From contig NC_043006.1 in assembly GCF_006345805.1 (NCBI RefSeq), positions 49,724,001 through 49,788,000 on the forward strand: a DNA stretch of 64,000 nucleotides, read 5' to 3'. This stretch comes from Octopus sinensis. Its lineage: Eukaryota. Made by a program: the position numbers and the translations under genes. The notes below the pieces were generated by a model. That model did no database searches. It was given only the letters and a program-made list of their open reading frames with translations, and was not told where the DNA came from. Below, in pieces: positions 54,374-64,000 of the stretch; positions within the stretch are counted from its first letter, which is position 1; the number at the start of each line of letters is the position of its first letter.

Positions 54374-54969
54374 TATGGGTTGTCCGGAAAGTTCGTGCCG
54401 ATTTATTGTAGCTTACCTTTCGACTTATTTTAGAACATGATTGAGTCCATAAGATAGGATTTGACAACACCTCCATTTAGAGCACAGTTTGAGTTATCTT
54501 TTCGTGGAAGAAGAGTTATGTTCCTATAACCTGTGTTATTCTGTAACCCTTTAAAATGAAAGCTAAGAAAGTTCCTTTTCGGCACTTGATGCTTTGAGAA
54601 CCAGACAAACATTGCTGCAGTTCGGCTGGGATATGTTACCTCACCCTCCTCCATATTCGCCAGATATTGCACCTTTGGATTTCCACTTGTGCAAGAAAAT
54701 GGTTCATATTTGGTTGATTAAAAATGTAATGGCAAGTATTTATTGATCTTTTTCTTTCCTTTAAAAATTGGCACGAATTTTCTGGACAACTCAATACTTT
54801 GAGACAGTGAGATGATGTCACTTTAGGTAGATTTGGCTGCTATTTCTGGCATTTTGAGCGACTACATAGAGACACCTGCGTCAGCTTTTTGTTTAAAAAT
54901 GTAATGGCAAGTATTTTTGGCCTTTTTCATTCCTTTAAAATCGGCACGAACTTTCCGGACAACCCAATA
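54374..54969 (+). mobile_element. Non-autonomous mariner element with duplicated right end
   Basis: TIR TGGGTTGTCCGGAAAGTTCGTGCCGATTT with TA flanks; PYSPDIAPLDFHL at ~54652; an extra diverged right end at 54715-54796. Confidence 0.88.
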
Positions 54970-55996
54970 GTATAGATTTTGAAGAACCTTGATTAATTTT
55001 ACCTTGTAAGGCTAGTTGGCTAATGTTCAAGGGCTAGTTGGCTAATGTTCAAGCTGAAAGATTAAGTGAAATATTTTATGGTATTATGGACTTAAAGGAC
55101 TAAAACTGGTTATGTGATTTTTTTATCAATATCACTAACCAGAGAAATAGACAAGTTAGAAATAACAAGAATTTGATCAATTTATTTTCTTTCTTTTTAA
55201 CAAGAACTCTGAATTAATAATCGTAACTCAAGTGAAATAAAAAAAAAAAGAATATCAAACGCCTGGTACGTTTACTAACTCTGAAAGAACTAGATTCAAT
55301 AGTGAAGTATGTTGCCAGAGTGTTTCAATATTTTGAATAAATTTGAAAAGCAGACTCGAGGATTCACTAAATATTCCCACTCCTTTTGATGTGCTGTCAA
55401 ATGAATATCCTGTCTACTTACATAGTCAGTTCTTTTAAAATTACATAATTCTTGATGTCTGAACTTAATAATTTAATAGATTATCTATTTTAGAATTTAG
55501 TAAATCCTACGTGGATAAAGAAAAATAGCTCCTTTTGTAAATCATATATTTAAAAGTTTTTCTTAACATTAAATTTTACCAAGAAATACATGCATGTTAG
55601 ACTAATGATAATTACAATTGTTGATCGTCAGTCCTACTTGTCATTTCCAAATTTTCAGGGGCAAAATACAATTGCCATTTTCATTAAGATAGAAAGTAAA
55701 AATTTTCATTAAATTTAAGACATTAATTTCTGTGCCTTGTTCTGTTAATTAATGTAGTGTACCATTTTAATTAAAATTGCCTGAAGTGATTACATGCACA
55801 CATACCTGCAAATATATAAAATTAAAGAAACATGACTTTTCCTTGCGTTCCTAAAGATTTTTATACCCTTGTAAATTTACTCCAAAAAGTTTTCACCTGT
55901 ACTACATAATCAAACCGCCTATTGAATATATCAATCGACTTTCTTTTAAATCACACACCAATATCTTCAAAATTAAAAGAAACAATGGATAATATA

Positions 55997-56047
<51 letters not shown>

Positions 56048-56340
56048 ATATATATATATATATATATACATATATACAAAAATACATGCATGTGTACATA
56101 CATACGTACATACATAGATCTTAGAATTCGTATGACTGAGTACAGGTAAAAGTATGATTTTTACGTTTCATGCTTTCAGCAATTCTCAGTTTTATTTCGT
56201 AGCAGTATTACCCGACAGTTATGTTTCACAATTGATGACTGTTAATATTTTAAAATTGTGGAAAATACAAAACTAAAACATAAAAATCAGACTATGCTGG
56301 AATTACATTGACATAGATAAACAGGTACATACGTACATGC

Positions 56341-56385
<45 letters not shown>

Positions 56386-56440
56386 GCACAAATAAACATA
56401 TATATACATGTATATATAAATATGTATGTATATCTATCTA

Positions 56441-56479
<39 letters not shown>

Positions 56480-58023
56480 AATAAAATATAAATATATGCA
56501 TATATACATACATATATGTACATACCTACATCTATATGTATATATACATGCATATATGGGTACAGGACATAAAAAACGTTGAACACAATGAGAAACGAAA
56601 AATTAAAAACAAAAACATGGAAACGAACTTTTTTTCAAAGAACGAAAAAACGTAGTACAAGGCATACAACACAAGGAATATTCCCCTTCTTCAGTTGTCC
56701 CTGTTTCGTCTACTCCGCGTTTTCAAAGGTAAGGACAAGACGCGACTTCGTTGAAACAGTCCTTCCCGCAAAGCAAATTAAATAAAATTTGGGATTTTTT
56801 GCGGAGGGTTAAAAGTGGTAACAAAAACAGGACAGTAAGAACAAAACAAGACAGTAAAAACAACAAAAGAAGAAAAAAGTATAAGACAGAACAAAGAGAA
56901 TAACACAGCAAAAACAAACGATGAGGGCTGTTAAGTCAAGTCGAGGTAAAAATTATTCTGAACGCTTAAGGAGACAGCTTATGAGAGAGACAGGATAAGC
57001 GGTCTGGTCTTGGTGAAGATAGCAGTTGGAAAGATGGCTTCCCTCTGATCACGTGTCAGTGACGAGAGAATCAAGGAGGAGGAGTAAGAGAGAGAGAACG
57101 GTGAAGGGGATATATATATGTATATGTATCGAGAGTTGAACAGACAGAACACAACAAGGATAAAAAGTTAGACGAAAGCAGAGAAAACGTGAGACTTAAC
57201 GGATGGGAAAAATTGACGAAGACACGACACATAAAATATTCGCAGCTGAGTTTTCCTCGTCAGTCATTGACCCAAAATATCACAGTGGTTTCGCGCCATT
57301 ACCATTGAGACCACTTAATCTTGGAGGCGCCAGTGCAGTTACTAAGCTACTGGGAAAAAGCTAGCGAATGTATACGAAGACGAACAAACAAGACATTATA
57401 TAGATACAAAGACGAAGAATTATGCATATATAACAGCACAAAGCTTTACAGCTATATACAACAGAATAAAAAAATAATAATTATACATATACCACAAATA
57501 TAACAGAAGGTGCTTTTCAGCTATCGAACGAACTTAGTGGGGTTGCGCAAAGATGAAATGGGGTAAGTCCTAGTGGACGTAGCAGGAGCCTAGAGCAGCA
57601 TGACCAGACTAGTCAAGGCAGGGCCAAAAAGAACAACACCGCCTTCACCGGACATGGGTCACGTGGTAGGGAAGAGGAAGAATGGGAGATAGAGAGAGAA
57701 AGAGAACTAAGAAGCAGAGGGAGAAATGGAGTGAAAGAGAGAGTCGTGAAAGGTACAAGGGAGGTAAGCAAGGGTGAAAAGAGAGCGTAAGAGTGGAGAA
57801 AGAGGTAGAGTAAGAGGGAAAGAGGGGGATATATATATAGAGAGAGAACAGAAAGAAAGGGAAAAAGAGAGAGAAGAGAAAGGTACCAGGGAAGCAAGCA
57901 AAGGCGGAAAGAGAGAGAGTAAGAGTGGAGAAAGAGGTAGAGTAAAAGTAGAAGTGGAAAATGATAGTGATAGAGTGATGATGGCAATCCCTCAAGGTCG
58001 AGGATGATGGTTTTCGCGCAAAT

Positions 58024-61000
58024 TTACTGGCGAGTCCGTAGGTGACCGATAAGACCAATTCTTGCTTGAAAAGATCGGTCGCAGTGCGGACATCTAGTAC
58101 CGGAAGGGAGAGTCGCACGTGGTTGTTGTTGGCGCTCCTTCTGTCGTCGTCTTTTCTCCTCCAGCTCTGCAGACCTTTTCGACTCGAAAGTCGCCGTTCC
58201 CTCATGGATGGTGGTTTTCCAGAGTGGTCTGTTTTTTTGCCGTATCCTCCCAGTTAGTGAAGTCGATGTCACACTTTTTGAGGTTCGTTTTCAGGGAGTC
58301 CTTGTAGCGTTTCTTCTGGCCTCCTTTTGTACGCTTGCCGTCTTTGAGTTGAGAGTAGATCTGTTTGGGAAGTCGTTCGTCAGTCATTCTAACCACGTGG
58401 CCGCTCCATCTTAGTTGGCCTTTGATGACATAGGCTTCGATGCTGGTCATTTTTGCTTCTTGTAGCACGCTGACGTTAGTTCTTCTGTCTTCCCAGCTGA
58501 TGTTAAGGATCTTCCGAAGACAGCGTTGGTGAAATTTCTCGAGCGTTTTCAGGTGGTGATTATACGGAGTCCAGGTTTCGGATGTGTAAAGGAGGGTTGG
58601 AATAATGACTGCCCTGTACACCATGAGTTTGGTTTCGGTTCGGATGTCCCGATCAGCAAAAACTCTTGTTCAAAGCTTGCCGAAAGCTGTTCCTGCACAC
58701 TTCAGACGGTGTTGGATTTCATCGCTGAGGTCTACCTTTGCTGACAGATAGCTCCCAAGGTAGCAGAAATGGTTCACATTTTCCAGTGGAATTCCTTCGA
58801 GTTGAATCGATGGCGGGTTGTCAACACGGGCATTGGGAGGAGGTTGGTAGAGTAAGTGAGTCTTCTTGATGTTGATGCTCAGTCCAAGTTTAGTATATGC
58901 ATGATGAAAAGCATTTAGGATCTGTTGGAGGTGATCCTCTCTGTAAGCTGCTACACTGTTGTCGTCGGCATATTGGAACTCTAGCAAGCTTCGCGCCATT
59001 GTCTTTGACGTACTTTTGAGGCGAGCGAGGTTGAAAAGCTTGCCGTCCATTCTGTACGAGATCTCGATGCCAGGTGGAAGGTCATCTCGTATGATGTGCA
59101 ACACTGTCGCGATAAAGATGGTAAAGAGAGTTGGCGCTATCACGCAGCCTTGCTTTACTCCGGAGGTGACTTTAAAGGGCTCAGAACTGCCTCTGTCGGT
59201 CTGGACTCTGGCGTGCATATTGTCGTGGAGGAGTTTGAGGATCCGGATGAACTTATCTGGGCATCCATACTGGGCGAGAATATCCCAGAGGAGCTCTCGC
59301 GAGACACGATCAAAGACTTTGGATAGGTCGATAAAGGCCAAATAGAGCGGTTGGTGTTGCTCACGACATTTTTCTTGTAACTGTCGCAGCGTGAAGATCA
59401 TGTCGGTTGTGCTTCGTGATGGCCTAAAGCCGGTCTGCGTCTCAGGAAGGATCCTCTCTGACAGCATTTTGAGGCGGTTGTTCAGGATGCGTTCAAGAAT
59501 CTTCCCAGCAGTTGCTAATAAGGAAATACCCCGGTAATTTCCACACTCAGAACGATCGCCCTTTCGTTTGTAAATGGTAATGATGTTAGCATCCCTGAAG
59601 TCGGATGGTACAACTTCATTTGTCCAGATTTTGACCAAGAGTTGGTGGAGCTGGTGTTGGACAAAATCACATCCCAGTTTGTTTATCTCAGCTGGGATTC
59701 CGTCAGAACCCGCGGCTTTGTTGTTCTTCGTCGCTGTGATAGCAATTTTGACCTCTTCGAGGGATGGAATTCGAGCGAGAGAGTAATCCTTGACCTCTTT
59801 AGGAATCATGTGAAGTATGCTTTTGTCGATGGTAGCCTTGTGATTGAGGAGGCCATCGAAGTGTTCTCTCCATCTGTCTCCTATTTCTGTGTTGCTTTTC
59901 AGGATGGTCGCTCCGTCTTTACTCTTCAGAGGAGCCTGTCCATGTGTGGAAGGTCCGTATATTTCTTTCGTGGTTTTGAAGAACCCTCTGGTGTCGTTTA
60001 CATCTGCTAACTGCTGGATTTCACGAGATTTTTGTCTCCACCACTGGTTCTTCAGGGTACGGGTTGTCCTTTGAACTGCAGTTTTGTACTTTTTGAAAGA
60101 CTCTCGTTTAATGGTAGACTTTGGATCATTCTGTGAGCTGATGAAAGCTTTCCGTTTTTGGTCGATCAGTTCTTTGAGAGATTCATCATTGTCGTCGAAC
60201 CAGTCCTGGTCTTTCCTTTTCTTGCGACCGATGGTTTCTTCGCAAGCGGTGATGATGGTTTCTTTCAGCTGGTTCCAATTTTCTTCGACGAGATGATTTG
60301 GAGTCTTATTTTGAAGATTGACCTGTAGGCGCTGCTAGAAAGCGACACGAGTTTTTGGGTCTTGCAGTGCTTCGATGTTGAATTTCTTTACTCTGCTTTC
60401 CTTGCTGTGATATTTCACTTTTGGTCGGAGTTTGATTTTCATGGTGGAGGCGATGAGGCGATGATCTGTCCAGCACTCATCTGCTCCAGTGGCGGCTCTG
60501 GTGAGCAACACATCTTGCTGGTCTCGGGATCTCACGATGATATAGTCGATGAGATGCCATTTTTTAGATCTTGGATGCTGCCATGAGACCTTATATCGAT
60601 TCTTCTTGCGAAAAAGGGTGTTGGTTATTACCAAGTTACGTTCAGCACATTTGGTGAGTAGCAGAGTTCCATTGGCATTGACTTTTCCCACTCCTTCCGT
60701 TCCGATGGTTCCTGTCCAGAGTTCACGATCTCTCCCAACTCTGGCGTTGAAATCTCCCAGGAGAATGATCTTGTCGTTCTTTGGGACGGTAGAGAGAATG
60801 CTATCAAGCTGGCTGTAAAACTCTTCCTTGACTAAATCCTCCGCGTCAAGGGTGGGAGCATACGCGCTGATGATAGTTGCGTGCTGACTTTTGACAAGCT
60901 GGATTCGGAGGGTCATGAGTGGTGCGGACATTCCGATGGGCTGCTCTGTCAGTTTGGATAGGATGGTGTTTCGTATTGCAAGACCCACACCATGGATCCG

Positions 61001-61432
61001 TTGATGGTCGGGATCGTAACCTTTCCAGAAAAAGGTGTATTGACCGCCTTCTTCTCTCAGCCGGTCTTCTCCGGCTCTCCGGGTTTCACTGAGAGCTTCG
61101 ATGTCAAAATTGAATCGATGGGGTTCCAGGGCGATGATTGCAGTTCGCCTTTCGGGTCTGTCTGAGTTGGTGTTATCTATGAGAGTCCTGATATTCCAGG
61201 TCCCGAATTTCAGCGTTGCGTATCTTGATCTTGATTTTCGACCGCATGATGGTGATCCCTCTGGACGCGGTTTTCCAGACAGGCTTGGGATGAAGCAGAC
61301 TATGTTTAGGGCACCTTTTCTAGCTCCTTCCCAATTCAGGGTGAGCAGAGTGGATCCTAAACAGGGCTGCTCAGTCGTGGATACTGCTGCCGAACATCTT
61401 TCCTGCTTCTTCCGAAAGATAGAGCGACTGAA
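58024..61432 (-). pseudogene. RTE AP-endonuclease/reverse transcriptase with C-terminal C2H2 finger; two stops and one frameshift
   Basis: GTWNIRTL, ALSETR, AYAPT, GDFNARVG, WTDH, GNYRGISLL, GVKQGCVIAP, QYADD, LRWSGHVVRM, CPHC...GLIGHLR. TAG at 60335-60337, TGA at 58670-58672, extra A in an A-run near 58235. Confidence 0.93.
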
Positions 61433-61770
61433 TCATGTAACCACCGCATCCGTGCCGGTTCTGCATTAGGAGCCTCCAGCCTTCACGAGCCTGCTCCCGT
61501 CATCCATCGCCGATCGCCGAAAGACTTGGAAAGAATAAGAAGAGTGGTGGCGAAGACGCCTGTGCGTGAAATTTTTTAACGTGTGCTTGAGGTCGCACGC
61601 CCAGTAAAGCACACGTAAACTTGACAGACCACCAACTTGACCCAATGGCAAGGTAAACCGAGACGATTGGAGTCGATGGTCTGCTGCAGCCTTCGTCCGC
61701 TTTCGCAGCCGTTGAGTTGTTAAGGCAACTTCATTCGCCTGTTCCACCGTTGAGGACTTGATGACTGTCA

Positions 61771-61855
61771 GAGCCCCGTTTGCCGCTAGCACAGCTGGCT
61801 TGCTGTGCTCGCGTTGCCCAGTTTGCACCCCGTGGAGGAGGGGTTGAACTTTTGC
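61771..61855 (-). ncRNA. HDV-like ribozyme at the RTE 5' terminus (P1 5' strand truncated)
   Basis: GCAAAAGTTCAAC-CCC-TCCTCCAC-GGG-GTGCAAACT-GG-GCAA-CGC G AGCACAGC(AAGCCA)GCTGTGCT A GCG-GCAAAC-GGGGCT. Confidence 0.75.
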
Positions 61856-62230
61856 AGTGATAGAGTAAGAGTAAAGAGAGTTAAGAGTCGCACAATAGTC
61901 AGGGAATAATTTTTATAATAAAGTAAACAGAGTGTGCGTATAAAGGGTTGAACAGACAGAACACAACAAGGAGAAAAAATTAGACAAAGGCAGAGCCAAC
62001 GGGAAACTAGACGAAAACTTAACGGACGGGAAATATAGGCAAAGACATGAAACATGAGTTTCGCGGCTGAGTTCTCCTCGTCAGTCAAAGACCCAAAATA
62101 TGATAGTGGTTTCGCGCCATTACCATTGAGACCACTCAATCTTGGAGACGTGTGTGCTGTTATTAAGCTACTGGGCAAAAGCTAGCGAACTAAAACAGAT
62201 ACAAACATCACACACACACACAAACACACA

Positions 62231-62311
<81 letters not shown>

Positions 62312-62472
62312 GTAAAGTTTATTTGCCAACAGTAAGTGGCAGTCCTATAAAAGACTATGTTACTGTTGTTTAAGCCCCAAGAAAACATCTTTTCTTGCTA
62401 GTTGTCGACACACAGTCTGTGTCCCTATAGTGTTTTTATGTATGTATGTGTGCATGTATGTATGTATCTATG

Positions 62473-62503
<31 letters not shown>

Positions 62504-63069
62504 TATTCATGGTTTTATAATTTAGGAATCTAGTTTTCGAGAGAGGACTCAATATATATGGAATGTAGAGTATATTTAATTCATTAAAAATATTATCTTA
62601 CATGCTTAAGCTTCATTTTGTCTTCTTTACGTAGTTGAATGGAACTTTTTTTAAAATTCATTTAGTATGATTATAAGTATATTAAAAAAGAGAACATCGT
62701 TAAAAAGAAACATGTAACAAAATAAAGTGTGGCGGGAGGAGAAGAGTAAATAAAAATAGAAAGAAAGATTTGATACGAAGCGTATATTTAGGATATGTAT
62801 AACATGGATTCACATGGGAAGCCACAGCATATTTGAAATACGTAAGTTGAATGTTCCTTGGGAATCGACAGTGTTGCAGAAAAATATACGTTACAAGGCA
62901 AGCTCTCTGACAGGAATGGTAAATGGAAAGAAAGAAAGATTGAAAGAGAGAAAGGAAGAACGAAAGAAAGAAAGAAAGAAGGCAGAGAGGAAACTGAAAG
63001 ACGTGAAAAAGAGAAACAATAAAAGGGAGAGAAAGAACAAGAGGAAGAATATGATTAAAAAGTGATGTA

Positions 63070-63502
63070 TTATTCTTTTACTTGTTTCAGTCATTTGACT
63101 GCGGCCATGATGGAGCACCACCTTTAGTCGAGCAAATCGAACCCGGGACTTATTCTTTGTAAGCCTAGTACTTATTCTATCGGTCTCTTTTGCCGAACCG
63201 CTAAGTGACGCGGACGTAACTTAGCGGTTCGGCAAAATTATAATTTAGGAATACTAGATTCTTAAATTATACGACCATGAACATTATATACATACATGCA
63301 TACACACATCCATCCATCCATCTATCCATACATACATACATACATAAAAACGTATTACTGCTATTGGTAAGATCAACATCGCTTGACAACATCAGCATCA
63401 GTTGTCAAGCGATGTTGGGGGACAAACACAGACACGCAAACATATATACACACACACATACATACATACATACATACATACATACATACATACATACATA
63501 CA

Positions 63503-63535
<33 letters not shown>

Positions 63536-63536
63536 G

Positions 63537-63569
<33 letters not shown>

Positions 63570-63692
63570 GTGAAATAGAAAGATGAATAATCTTGTAGTA
63601 GATTAATCAAAAGTTTAACCGATACCTTAGTAGCAAAAATCACAGCAGTAAAATTGGATTGCTCCATTTCTTCAATTCACCAATAATGTTTT

Positions 63693-63786
<94 letters not shown>

Positions 63787-63958
63787 CACATATATACGAT
63801 AGGCTTCTTTCAGTTTCCAACTACCAAATCCACTCACAAGGCTTTGGTCGACCCGAGGCTATAGTAGAAGACGCTTGCCCAGGTGCCACGCATTAGGACT
63901 GAATCCAGAACCATGCGGTTGGTAAGCAAGCTACTTACCTCACAGCCACTCCTGCGCC
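63070..63958 (-). mobile_element. tRNA-derived SINE with internal microsatellites, locally rearranged
   Basis: Head at 63780-63958 and tail at 63070-63210, same family as 7124-8440. Confidence 0.8.
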
Positions 63959-64000
63959 TATATTATTGATAAAAAAAAATACTATAGTAATCAATACAAA

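Larger units (their letters stand above)
57977..61855 (-). mobile_element. Essentially full-length RTE-clade LINE (~3.9 kb) with 11-bp TSD
   Basis: TSD AGTGATAGAGT at 57966-57976 and 61856-61866; short CATCATC tail; single APE-RT frame. Confidence 0.95.
57130..62190 (-). repeat. Diverged ~240-bp direct repeats (57130-57370, 61940-62190) of an older pLTR-like element that hosts the RTE
   Basis: Shared GTTGAACAGACAGAACACAACAAGGA...CCTCGTCAGTCA...GTGGTTTCGCGCCATTACCATTGAGACCACT...AAGCTAGCGAA. Confidence 0.75.

Noticed and set aside
56660-56760. CTGAAGA plus hairpin on minus as a hammerhead
   Set aside because: No GAAA and helix III follow in the required order.

Overview
AT-rich, microsatellite-saturated eukaryotic DNA with no recognisable host gene. 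The SINE families and the (TA)n/(TAA)n/(TATG)n/(TATC)n landscape suggest an octopod cephalopod (inference). The window is almost entirely nested mobile DNA. It holds R4/Dong-type RLE LINEs in (TAA)n, a Tx1/L1-type 3' fragment in (TATC)n, and a near-intact TSD-flanked RTE LINE. It also holds a Naiad-type Penelope-like element (PLE), a deleted Ty3/Gypsy element, Helitron Rep remnants, mariner/hAT/Merlin-like MITEs and many SINEs. The main hidden layer is catalytic RNA: at least five sequence families of type I hammerhead ribozyme (HHR) motifs in tandem or inverted pLTR-like repeats inside (TA)n. These include an ORF-less 488-bp retrozyme-like array whose HHR has an unusually long, covarying, G.U-rich helix II. 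An HDV-like ribozyme sits at the exact 5' end of the RTE element. All ribozyme calls come from manual motif and pairing inspection; none was computed or tested.
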